The translations under genes were made by a program, and so were the position numbers. The notes beneath the pieces were generated by a model that saw only the letters and a list, made by a program, of their open reading frames with translations, was not told the origin of the DNA and made no database searches. 64,000 nt of DNA from Chlorokybus atmophyticus (lineage: Eukaryota; Plantae; Mesostigma and Chlorokybus algae). Positions 27,911 to 40,411 of this stretch are shown one piece after another. The DNA lies in contig RHPI01002262.1 of assembly GCA_009103225.1 (NCBI GenBank), positions 601,231-665,230 of the forward strand, written 5' to 3'. Each line of letters starts with the position of its first letter. Positions within the stretch are counted from its first letter, which is position 1.

Positions 27911-28416
27911 TTGGTGCTTTTATGGTCGATTTGTGGTAATTTAATGTACCTTCCCGTTACATTCCCCCCCACTTAAGAACGCTGACGTCCTCGGCAGCTG
28001 GCGCTCATCAACTGGGGAATCTTCCCAGGGGTCTGATTTAGGGTCGGTCACCGGCCCCACCACCCAAGGACCGGCCAATTTAGGCCCATACCGGTCAACG
28101 CGCGCATAGCGAAACGCTGCCGGCCCCACAGGTCGCGTCGCCGCGATAGGCAGGTCGCGCCCTGCCGCGCCGACTGAACTGGTCAGGTCGGCGCGACTGC
28201 CATTAGGCAAGTCGCGACCCATCGATGATGGCACTCAGAAAGTGACCATTTACGATGTTATTGGATCGAGAAACAACGACCGCGGAATTCGTGTGCAAGG
28301 CAGGAATCGAACCCGGGTCTCAAGCTCCGATGACCAATGTCACAGCCCACTCGACCACAAAAGACTTGGTTCTTTTATGGTCGATTTGTGGTGATTTAAT
28401 GTACCTTCCCGTTACA
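27911..28416 (-). mobile_element. TRIM copy B: 5' LTR 28416-28338, PBS with 1-nt insertion, PPT 27974-27962, 3' LTR truncated to 51 bp (27961-27911)
   Basis: Reverse complement of copy A with substitutions and indels; PPT AAGTGGGGGGGAA. Confidence 0.88.
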
Positions 28417-29638
28417 CTTACCCAGATGTTGGCGCTGCATGCGCTGAAGCCTTCGCAGGCTTTGCGCAACGTACTACTACTAATAGTTGACTTGCATTAA
28501 CATAGCGTGTATGACAGAGCAACGCAGCATATCATATCTGGCATGTCGCACAATGATCAATAACAATGCTTGGTATGCGCAGGTTGCAATGGCGGCCTCT
28601 ACCATATCCACTGCCATCATCTGTATTGTTTTTAATGGAGTTGTGATTGAGCCAATCGAAACTTGTATAAGTACAAGCAAGAGGTGCAAAAGACAGCTTG
28701 AGAGCCTGCAGCTCATGCCGCATGATCATTATGCGAGTCCTGACGGCAACAGGACTTGCATACTGTCGCATATGTCCGAGGTGAGACACATACATGCAGC
28801 TTTGCAAGCGGAAAAGGTGGTGCTGCTCACAATGGAGACGTTACGAATGAAAGCAGAGCGGCGCGCAGCATATGTATGCAAGCAGTGAGCACTTGCGCCG
28901 ATCTAGTTTGTCTCATGCATATGTTGTTAACCTAATCAAAATGCTTACCTCTGTGAACAGCTTTAGATAATTGGAATTCATGGCTTGTGTTTATTGAGCC
29001 ATGAGTGCACTGTATGTAAACGATAAGTAGTGAATATTGAAGTCCGGTGGTTTGAAATGTGATGGCAAGGGACACTCTACTGAAAGTTACGCAGCCTTGA
29101 AGCGCTCGCAAGTTTGCGCAGTCACCTTTTCAAACCTTGCTCAAGCCTTCAGAATGTACAACACCAACATGGTTGCACCCAACACCCAAGCAACATACAC
29201 TCTGTACCATATACAGTCGTGAAGTGCAGTCCATGGCCATGCACATGTGCTGCGCTCACCTGCAGTCAGCTATGCTGCTACGACTGGCGCAGTCCTCTCA
29301 TCTCGGATATGGCTGGCATGCCTGCATGTCATATGCAAAGACGACGGAAAAATGCTGCAAGTCACTCACACAAGCACAACACGCATACAACTAGCAGCAC
29401 TGTACACTAAGCTAGCCAGCGGGCAGCGCTGGTGGTAGCGTTTGTGCTTAAAAGACATCAATGGGAACAGTAGCAGTCTGCATAGACTACTGACAAGTTG
29501 TTACCGCGATGTTTCTTGAAGCTCAGATGACTTGCCCTCTATTGACCATTACACTGCTACAAGTACTGCAATTACTTCAACCTGTCCTAACTCCACCCGG
29601 CACTATCACTTGCCAACGCTAGCGCATGCCAATGATAC

Positions 29639-32600
29639 TTAACTGCGTAGAGCAAAACTCAGTACCTCATCCGCGGCTCGGGCCGGCTGTTCCAGGTGAG
29701 GGACATGCCCACATTCGGGTATCATCACAACCTTGCAGCTGGGCAGAACTTCTGCAAATCGCTGCACAGACAAGAGCTTTACCAGACAAGTATGTGCGGC
29801 ATATGGGTTACAACGAGGCATTGTCGCATGCGCGCATTTGCCGAGGGTGTTTTGAGACTGGTTGAATGCTGCAGCACATATGTTGCGACTACAGTAGCAA
29901 ACACTCTGCAGTTGGCGAAGCAGACACACCTGAGCATACTCCGGCTTGAGTATGCCATCATTCTCACCCCACAAAACCAACGCATCATGCGTCACCTACC
30001 ATACAACACACGCACACAGTCACCTATGCGCGTAGTGGTGAAAACTGATAGGCTGCCATGTTATATGCTAAAATGACCAACCAGTACATGAAACTTGGGA
30101 GGAGCAAATCATTTGTGTGCATGCCTCGTACCTGGCTCATAGAGGATGTGACACTGTAGCCTCCGCTGCGCATGAACTCAATGTTAGCATCGCGCCATCC
30201 CGGCAAATACGTGTGCAACCTCCCAACCTGCATGCAAGGAATGTGAGTCCACTACAGTAGCACAACATGTGACGAATGCATGCATGAAAATACCACTATA
30301 CCGTACCCGAATTGCATCAGTGGTAGCCAACTTCTGATCATGATAAGCCATCCTGTTCGCCATGGACCTCAACGGCCAGCTTCGCAGAACCTCAATCTGT
30401 GCACGCGTTTGATAAGTTTAGCAACCTTGCCTGTCATTCAAGCAGTAAGCAACAAGCATTGGTGTGACATGCATACCCCTGCTGTTGCCAGGGGTCTCGG
30501 GAGGCTTTTCATATTGCCAACGCCATCGATGAAGCCCTGGGCATCTATAAGCACCAGTTTGTGAACCTGCGTGGCTTGAGGACACAAGCCCAAACATGAT
30601 GACCACCATGGCAACCATCATGAGCCAAAAGCGTGTACACTCTCATCACATCGAGCTTATGACTTACCGCATCCGGATGGTTGACGGCGAAGTCGATGGC
30701 AGCCGCGCCTCCCAAACTGGCACCAGCCAGCACCATAGGCTTTCCAATGTTGGACCTCCAAAACTGGTATTGCACAAGCATACAAAGTTGTGTCAATCAC
30801 GAGAAGCGCTAGACAGTGAGTCCATTGCGAGAAGTACAAAGTACAGTCAGTCGCTGTGTGCTGTGTGTCATTCAATTCACGAGGCATTCGCATGCAAACA
30901 GAACAAATGCACACAACAACAACAACGACAACATTGGTCTTCACAACACACCTCATACAGCAGCTCTCGCTTTGCCACAGGGCCCCAGTCCCTAAGGCCC
31001 GTCTTCGCGTCCACGCCGTTGAAGCCCCAGCCGAGGAGGTCCACCGCCCATGCCGCGGCGCCGCGTGCCGTCAGGACAGGATGCAGCCGCCGAAACTCTA
31101 AGCACGAGCTGCGCGGCACACTCTTGTCCGTTTATCACAATGGTCATCATACTGATAGAGTAGACCAGCATGACCGCAGGTGCTGGCACACACACGCATG
31201 CTGACTTGCATTTTGACCAAACTATGCTTCCATGTGGTCTACTTACAGGTATGCACTGTGTGTATGCACGGCGACGGTAAGAGAATACTGAAGTCACACC
31301 CACTGCATGCTGACCTTGACCTGTACGTAACGAACATGTACACTTGCTCCAGCAACTACTGTTGATGTGGTGGTGTACAACAGCTTCATGTGTAGCTGTT
31401 GTACAAGCATTATCAAGTACACTGAGCTATATGTTGCACTCTTCAGCTGACACAAATTGTGAACTGACAAAGGAACACATTCTAATTAATGCTCAGAAAA
31501 AAGGAAGTTACTAGCAGCAGCAAAATGCAATGACAAAGCATATGCACAGCAACGGGGCCAAACAAACCATCTGCGTGCCTGTCGAAGCCATGAATGAGCA
31601 CAATCGGATGGTACTTGGACGTTTGCAGCGCGTCCGCACTTTCCGGCCCAACAACAGATGCCTCGATGATGCTGTCAGCAAGGGACGTCTGCGCAGCAAA
31701 CGCAATTAACAGGTGAAGAAGGATGTTTTACCAAGTTAGCAAGTTAGCAAATGTTACGTGTTTGCTTGGGAACAGCTTGAAACGAACCCACTAGCAACTA
31801 ACTGACAGCACGCCACGCATGCAGACACGCGCACGCGCAGCGTCGTTTGCAACTAGCACACCCATATGTACAGCAAACTTGTCCATATGGCGGCCACGTT
31901 AAAAAGCGAGTGACAGTTGTTGCCATCGCAGCTATCACGAGAATGATTGCATTTGCATGCATAAATGTGTGTGCATGTACATAATCGTGTGTCAGCGCGT
32001 TTTATGAGTATCTTTATAAGTATTCAATGGCCACACCCACACAGTCAGTGAAGTCAGTCAGCCTTTGCAGAATATACGACTTGATGGTGATGACCTTCTC
32101 AGATATCAACCTTGATGAATCGTGTTAGTACCTTACGCATACCATCAACTGACCTTCACGGGGACGCGCGTAATGCGGCTGGCCATGCTGCGAGCTGCGG
32201 GCTCCTCCAGCTCCTCCACTTGCTTGGGCAAAAAGTGCGGGAACTGCGTGCAGGGATGACCTCAGTTAGCGTCATCATCACACAAGCTTTGTGATGATGA
32301 TAATGTGGTTGTGTGTACAGGCAGTGTCAATGTGCACGTAGCACTGTCCACAGAGCGTTATTTCCAAGCCTACTTTAAAGGTCTCGACTGAAAACGTTTG
32401 TGCACATGGTGGCCCTGTATATGACAAGAAATGAACTCAAGTACTCACCCGGACTGGGATCAATGCTTCAACTAAAGGTTTTGAAGGAGAGTTATAGTTG
32501 GTGACGAGGATTATGGCAAGTAGAGTAACAACAAGCCAATGGCAGGAATGTAATGTGACTGAGCATTTGTAGAAGACTGTCTCAACCAAAAGCGCTGTTG

Positions 32601-33055
32601 GTTGCAGCGGCTGATCATGGAACACACAAGACAAAAGACACAAGCACAGGTGCAATGCAACACATGCAACAAAGAAACCATGCATATAGCATGCAGTGCA
32701 GCACACTCACTTTGACGCCCGCAGCCTCTGCTGTTTGGGCAGCAGAACTAGCTGAGGCATGAGGCTGGACTAAACGCCGCTGATTCCTCCTGCCGTTCTG
32801 GCTCGTGCTTCCAGAAGCTGCAAGCAGAGTGCGTGAAGCCCTAACTCTGAAGCTGGCTCTCCTGCTACTGCTTGACGTCGCTGTCATCCCCATGGTTGTC
32901 GTCGTCGTCATCGTCGGTTTTGAGCCATTCCCGCTTTCAACATATGTTAGCGCCCGTAACGATGACAAGCCGCTCGCCGACAAGCCGGCGAACGTGATAG
33001 AGCTCACCGCCGCCCCCGCCATGGCTACCGACGAGCACAGCAACAAGGTGGCCAT
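29639..33055 (-). CDS. Alpha/beta-fold hydrolase, predicted plastid-targeted, multi-exon, with one GC-AG intron
   Basis: FPHFLPKQVEELEEPAAR, LIHGFDSSCLEFRR, VDLLGWGF, nucleophile GASLGG, acid WGENDGIL, His CGHVPHLE; Ser/Thr-rich N-terminus. Start may be 33055 or 33022. Confidence 0.92.
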
Positions 33056-33099
33056 CAAGTAAGGGCGTGTGCTTGTGTGGCACAGAGTTGGCTTGCGGC

Positions 33100-36000
33100 A
33101 TGGCGGCGGCGGTGGTGAGGGTGCCGGCGGTGGCAGGCTGCATCACCACTACGTCGTCCTCCACCACCAACTCCTCCTTGTCGCTGCCGTCATCGTCGTC
33201 GTTGCGGAGGGCGGTGCCGCAGGCAAGCTTGCTGCTTGCCAAGCGGCAGCTTCAGCCTGTGCATGCAACCTGCAGCAGAAAAGCAAGCAACGTGATCAGC
33301 CACAGGGTAAGCAGGGTTCAAGAAAGGATGAGCTGATAGACTTATGCCATATTGTAAGCATGCAACATAGCATGTCAACACCAGTTTCTCTGCGGAAGGC
33401 GAAGCAAACAATTTATAACTGTTAACTGTTAACATCTTTGTCGCTGCTGACATGCAATGCCTTGCTACAACTGAGCTATGTACGCAATGCAGCTCCACAA
33501 TCAGCATCAACTGCAGAGTGCGTGTAAGAGCTCAGCTGCGCAACTGGTGCCGTTTGCAGAGTGTGCATTGCGCTTTGGACATGATGCATTGCGGTTTTGA
33601 GCTCGTGCGTCCTTGCGTACAACCTCAGAATGGTCTTATCGTGTGCATGCCCACAGATGCATGTGCATGTACGTGTGGACGTGTACGTATGCGCGTGCGC
33701 ACATGCATGCATGCGCATGCAACTGTGTTCACCCACCCCTCTTTTCCAACGACACAACTGTCTCGCACGCTCAATTGCAAGGTTGCTGTGAACAATGTAG
33801 CACACACACGCATGCGTGCCTGCATACATGCACACGCACACATACTGTTGGTTACCAATCCATTTGCTTGACTCACCATTATCAGTGTGTTGATTGCTTA
33901 CCAGCCATGCACTCGACCCCGATTGCAACGATCACGCACGGTCGCATGCAAAGCAAGACTGGATGAAGGCAGCTCTGCGAGCTCAACGGAGACAGATTAT
34001 GAGTGGGGAGGGAACTCCTTGGGGGTGAGTAGCATGATTTGTAGTCATCTGATGGTCAGCACTCAGCTGCATGTGGCTTGACTGTTCCAAATAAAGGCGT
34101 GTCTCTAGAATCACACAGTACACACATGCAAGCATGCACGCACAAGCGCATGTACACACAGGCATGCACACAGACACACGCATGCATCCACGCACCCACC
34201 AATACACATTAGCGCAGGTGGGTTACGCGACATTGTTTGCTTTTCTAGGCTTGGCACCGCTGCTCCCAAAGTATGACTGGAGCGCACCGCTTTATTTCAT
34301 CTCTGTGGCCTCTTTAGCCATATTTGTTGGCAGCCACCGCAGGTCAGTGTGCTATCTTTATTACGGAGCTAATTGCAGTATCACACCAGTTTGTGTTTGG
34401 GTATGCTTGGGATTTACTTGTGGTAGCATTACCGCATATGTGTGCATTGCAACCGTAAAGTCAATCCACTGTATGCGTTGTCATTGTGTGTTCTTGAATG
34501 CAGCTTAAAGCAGCAAAAGTGGCAACGCCTATCATTCTCGGATGGCCTGCTCGCACCAGTCGCAGCGTCATTTACGCTCGCATCACTGTACTTTCTTCTC
34601 AAGTTCTTGCCCACCTTGGACATAAGGTAAGAGCATACTGTGTACGCCAACATGCTCGCATCGTATGTCACAAAGTGAACAAACGTTTTGCATGTTGTGG
34701 TTAGAGCATTTCTCCAAGCTTACTTTGTGCTACTGGGCACTGTCGCGGTCACCGGCAATGTTGGCACGGCGCTCGCAGCCTGGACGCGCCCACTTAGCCT
34801 ACCTACGTGGGATGTCCGTAAGTATGCTCGCACACTTTCACGCACAAACCCACACAGACAGGGGCGTGCATGCACATGCATACGGACACAGCTGCACATG
34901 CACGCATGCAGGCACTCACATGCGTGCGCCCACATGCACTGGCACGTGCATGCAAGTGCGCGTGTGAGAACTTGTAGCCGGATGTGCCCACTTAGCCTTC
35001 CTACGTGGGATATTCGCAAGTGGTCACGCATACACGCTCACACGCACAAACCCGCTTGCACACACACACAAAGGCACGCAGTCATGCACACGCACACGAA
35101 GCTGTACACACACGTACGGGCGCGCACATGCACTTGCATGTGCACAAATGCATGGATGCCAAGCAACATGCAGTGCGCATGCATCTGCGCATCGTTGTGT
35201 CATGCAAAGCTGGAATTGGGTGGCAGAATTCCCAAAGTGGCTTGTGTATGATGATGATAACGAGGAAGGCGACAAGAAGGAAGTCACCACAACACTCAGA
35301 TTGACCGACTTCATTGCGCTGGCTGTCGGAGTTGGCGTTGCCTTCGCAAACTTGCAAAGCGGCGGGGACTTCACTGTGAACAATGTCATAGCTGTCTGCA
35401 TCGCATCCGACATCCTGCAGCTCTTGTCCATTGGCAGGTAAGCAGCATGGTTGGTCATTTAGCTACCTGCATCATAAATTAAACCTACATCGCAAGTGTG
35501 CCATGTATGTTTGCATAATGATGTTGTGTAAGGATATATGGCGTTTGCAAAGATGTGTGTGCTTGCCAATAGTTGTACATGTGCATGTGCACGCACATAC
35601 GTACACATTGTTGCCTTAAAGCTAGCTATGCGCGTGTGTGTAGCCTGGATTGAGTTGCGAGATTTTGTCTCTTGCATGTTTAGGAAGCCATTAGGTTGCA
35701 ATCGTATGTGCGTAAATGTATATGTGTGCATGTGTATGCCTGGACATACAGTGCACATGCATGTACTTATAAACTGGACTTGCAGCTTTGGCACTGCGGC
35801 GGTGATGCTCAGTGGGCTCCTCCTATACGACGTCTTTTGGGTGTTTGGCTCTCCCTCAGTGTTCGGCGAGAGCGTGATGGTTGCGGTGGCCACGTCGGAC
35901 GCTTTTGAAGGCCCGATCAAGCTTATATTCCCCTCTGCGATGGTCAACGCGAAGCTGCGATACTCCCTCCTTGGCCTCGGCGATGTCGCCATCCCGGGAC

Positions 36001-36634
36001 TGCTCGCGGCTCTGCTGCTTCGCTTTGACCGATGGCGCCACCAGCAGGTATGTTGGTGCTGTGCCCCCATCTGAGATATCAAGATCATAAGTACATGCGT
36101 GCCAGTGGTTGTTAGCTTGTGCGCTACTACCGTACACCATAACACATGCGCATACAAGCACACATGCACGCACATACATACAGACATGAACACAATGTTG
36201 GTGTACGGTATGCCTCCTCGCACAAGTGTTTTCAACTACGAGTTCAACAACTACTGTTTATATGGCAAGCTTTCCCATGCATGACTTTCATGTGTGCCTT
36301 TGTGCATAAACTACATGTACTGGGTCAGCTCACACCTAGTGTGCTATTGCATCAGGGCTACGCCTCCTCCTCAACCTCACGTGTTGATGACGACGATACC
36401 AGCGCCTCTCAAAGCAAGCTCTACTTCTACACGTGCTTCTCATCTTACGTCCTCGGCCTGGTCCTGACCACCGTCATCAACAAGTACACCAACGCCGCGC
36501 AGCCCGCCCTGCTGTACCTGGTGCCGGCCACGCTGTGCAGCACGCTCGCGCTGACGCTCGTGCGCAAGGAGACCCGGCTGCTGTTTGGGTACCAAGACGC
36601 CAAGCCTGAGACTGAAACAGATGAGGTGAAGTAG
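33100..36634 (+). CDS. Signal peptide peptidase-like GxGD aspartic intramembrane protease (A22B) with putative transit peptide
   Basis: LLLYDVFWVFG (YD), YSLLGLGDVAIPG (GxGD), AAQPALLYLVP (PAL); multiple TM segments; GT-AG exons. Confidence 0.93.
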
Positions 36635-37465
36635 ATAGAGTAGTAGGTTGATAGCAGGTACAATATAGTGACATTCAATCTGAGCAGTGTGCAGCGGGAT
36701 GTAGCGAGTGAGTTTGTGCGTGTCAGCACAAGTAGTTGGGTGTGGGGCAGAAAATAGTTGCGTATAAGCAGTAACTACTGCCAATATCAGCTGAGTGTGT
36801 ATGCGCAAAGCTCTATGCTCTGCTCGGTATAATGCCTCCCTCACTTGTATGTATGTTCGAACTGCCCAAAGTATTTGCGTGTAGAGTGAAGAACAGGGCT
36901 TTTGCAGGTTGAAGCAAACAGGGCTTGGCTCTGGCGGTTACATGGTACAAATGACACCATGTAGACAGATTACCAGGAACAAGGGCTCAGCCTCTAGGAA
37001 AGCAGGCTTATTTGTGAAGTGTACAAGCTCAACGGCACTCGCCTAATGAATCGTGTCCCCAAGTCCAACTGGCATGCAGTACGTGTCACGCGAGGTACAT
37101 CCAGGTTAGCACTAACAAGTCTCTTGATAGTGCAGGATGTCAGCAACAAAAACACAAGGCATGCAGAAAGGGTTGGCCCGATCTCAATCTGCACTTGAAC
37201 AGAGACATGCGACTGATAATCTCATCTCTGTCAACAATCAATCAGAACTATAAGCTAAGAACTCACCACATGTGCGCACCCAGCTTGTAGACACGAATTA
37301 CGAATGCAGGCACAGCGCCAAAAAGATGTGTACGTGAGCATGGCATGAGCATGGCATTGCCAACCCCCGTGTTCTGAAGTGCACTGCGATGAGGATATGT
37401 GCCTAGCTGCAAGTGAAAGCGAGTACTACACTTCACACACTGCAATAGCAGGCTAGCTGACGAAC

Positions 37466-40195
37466 CTAGACACTGATGGCGACTCGAGACACCCACGCAA
37501 TCTTGTCAGGAGATTCACCAGGGTACTCCTTGAACTTCAGGTATAACATTCTATACTTGTCTGCGTCTCGGCCAGCCGCGTGCACCACGAAGGGACTTGG
37601 CTCGTGACTTTCGCAGTAAGGAATCTCAAGCCAGCAGTTCATGTATCGATACGGTATTATTACCTGCACAACATGCTCCATATGAGCTTAATGCATGACA
37701 TGCACGCACACGCACTCTTGGTGGTGAGGGAGCGAGGGAGGAAGTGCATGCGCGCGCACTCCCTCACCACCAAAGGCACACTCATTATGTACACTCATCA
37801 CAGATCCCTCACAGCATATTCGCGCTTGAAAAAACACCATGTTCTGAGTAAAACTTACACACACAACACTTGTCACAGATCGCGCCCGATCCTAGACACA
37901 ATGTACGCATATTGTTTTGTGAACAAACAACAAGGATAGACACCACTGAGCACACGGATGCACACCCCAACAGTACACTCACATCTCCCTCCCCCTCCCC
38001 GCGCCTCCGTCGCCCACACATACACACGCACGCCTGCGCGTGCGCGCACACACACAGCACACACACGTTGCAAGCTCTGCGCACTTACAGCATATTTAGA
38101 AAAGGCTTGAGGATGCTCGTAGCGGTAGTCGAGAAGAGCCTGCTGCTCCCACCACGCGTGCTCTATATCTGACCTGCAAGTTGACATGCTTTTGTTCCCC
38201 GACTCAATGCCTTACAATACCAACGATACGCATTCAGTACAGCAAGCAACCAGCATGCATGAAGCAGCCTCTACTTACGGGAAGTCGTTGTACAGCGATC
38301 GCAGCATTGATAGCGACCACTTGGAGTTGCGAATGAGAAACACGCCCGTGTTGATGGAAGCCGCCGCCGTCACGGGGCTTACAGAGAACACGGGATTATC
38401 AAAGTCTGATGTGAGAATCAAATCCTTGCCAACGCTGGAGTAGCCTGGGAGGTTGAGGAACTTCTCCAACCTGTGACACTTCAATGAGTCTGATAACATG
38501 CACACAAAGACACAAACGCATGCACAAGCACACACGCACGTGTGTACACGTTATGCATATGTGTGTGCGTGTGATCCATCAACAAAGCAACAGCTCAATA
38601 ACCATGCTTGAGGTGGTTGGTGATGGTAATGATGTGTGCATGCACACATGCGCATGTGCATACGCGCGCGCAAAAGAGTGCAAGACACAGACACACACAG
38701 GCGCAAGACGGTTGCCAAGGCTCATAACCCTTACTTGACGTCGTGGTTGGTGATGATGGCGTCAGCGTCCATGAAGAGAACCCACCCGTCCGTAACCCGT
38801 GGCAGCAGCATCAACAGCGCAGGAACCTTACCCCAAGCCAGCTGCACACACAACAACCACAAGCAACAGTTAGTACACATGCTAATATGTGTTCGCATCA
38901 TACATCAAAACCCTTTGTGATGTCGTGAAGGCCTTCAGCATGCATGGAGAAGGCTACATTAAGTAGGGAGTGTTATCAATACCAACCGGGCGAAGCGGGT
39001 CAGGCGTGGCGTTCAGCTCACAATATCGATAGCCGTGCCTCGCCGCATAGAAAAGCCGGTTGCGCCTAAGCCTGGTTATGTACACCTGCATGAACAACAA
39101 GCACCATCCAGCATAAGGGGGTGGATGGAGAGACAACTCCTCTTCACAATGCATGCATGGTAGTAAAATCAAGTTTGCCTGGACCAGGTTTGCCAAGTGT
39201 GTGTTACTAATGGTGTTAGTTGGCATTTAGTTGAACTGCATCATCGCATTGTCACCTGGCTGATGTTGGTTTGCAGTGTCAGGATGGTGAACCTGCCCAT
39301 TCCAACGCACATGCTTGTAGGCCGATCGATCCACGACTCGACCAGGCTCCAAGTCTCTGAGACTGGCAGGGTTTCACCGCATGCGAAGGGCAATGTCTCC
39401 ATGAAGCTGCAGGCACACATCAAGGGAGGGAGAAAGTTGACTGCAACATGACTTGCAATGCTGCACTGGTCGCAGCTGCAAAGCTGTGCATGTAACGTGC
39501 ACTATGCACATGCTTGTGTCCTGGCTTGATACATGAAGGTCTAATGTGCAAGGAACGACTGCTTGCGCGGTTGTCCTGAGTGTATTTCAACGCACCGCGT
39601 ACACGCGTGTAGCGCGAACAACAAACGCGGCTGCTCGTGCATGCAAAGGCAATTACCAGAGTCGGGCGTGTTGCATAATGCGGCACAGGAGAGCACAGTG
39701 CCTGACAGTGTAGTGGGACACAGTGCAGCACAGAACACTGGGATGCACGTACGCAACGTGCTCGTGTGGTCCAATATGGCTGCATGTGTAAGAGTTGAGC
39801 AAAGTTCAACTAATTGCACGCTGGTGATGTTGATGCTGATGATAGTGGTGGTGGCGGTGATGGTGCTTACAGCATGATGATACGAGCTGGCTTGCTGCAC
39901 CAGCATGCAACGGCGTGCATGGCACTTGCTTGGGGTCATCGGCGTGCGTGGCAACGGCGGAGCGGCGGGCGCCAGCCATGAAGGCGGCGATGACAGCGAC
40001 GGTGAGCAGGACGGTGAAGGCCACTGCCTGGAGCAGCACCACCGCCACATGCCTGGCAGAGCTCCTGCTGTGGCCCCCACCTCCTCCTCCTTGTCCACCT
40101 CCTCCTCCCCAAACCCTAGCCTGCTGCCCTGGCCTGGCCTGCACGCCAGCCTGCTGATCCAGCTCTACCTCAGCTCTACCTGTAGCATGCTGCAT
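37466..40195 (-). CDS. GT34 (GMA12/MNN10/XXT-like) type II membrane glycosyltransferase, paralog A
   Basis: Gly-rich N-terminus plus TM helix; RNRLFYAARHGY, AWGKVPAL, LFMDADAII (DxD), INTGVFLIRNSKWS, WWEQQAL, VVHAAG. Confidence 0.9.
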
Positions 40196-40411
40196 TCATG
40201 CTGCTAACCACTTTCAACGCCGCCAACGCCGATCACGCCAACGACGACGCCGACCATGAGGACAACGACACGCACGCCTCCATCAACCAGCTGCTCAAGC
40301 AAGCCTACAAACCTCTGCTGCCGCCGCCGCAGGAGGATGCCACAGGCATACGCACAGGCAACGGTGAGCTATGGCCGTTGCTAACAATGCACAGTTGTGG
40401 GGTTGCTGGGC

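Larger units (their letters stand above)
27384..28416. mobile_element. Palindromic tail-to-tail dimer of a miniature LTR retrotransposon (TRIM) with one 5-bp TSD
   Basis: Begins TGTAAC, ends GTTACA; CTTAC at 27379-27383 and 28417-28421; the two ~0.5-kb arms are inverted copies of each other. Confidence 0.88.

Noticed and set aside
27560-28234. Near-identical 70-aa and 97-aa ORFs (MPSSMGRDLPNG...) on opposite strands
   Set aside because: Product of the inverted duplication; GTG start and no gag/pol similarity.
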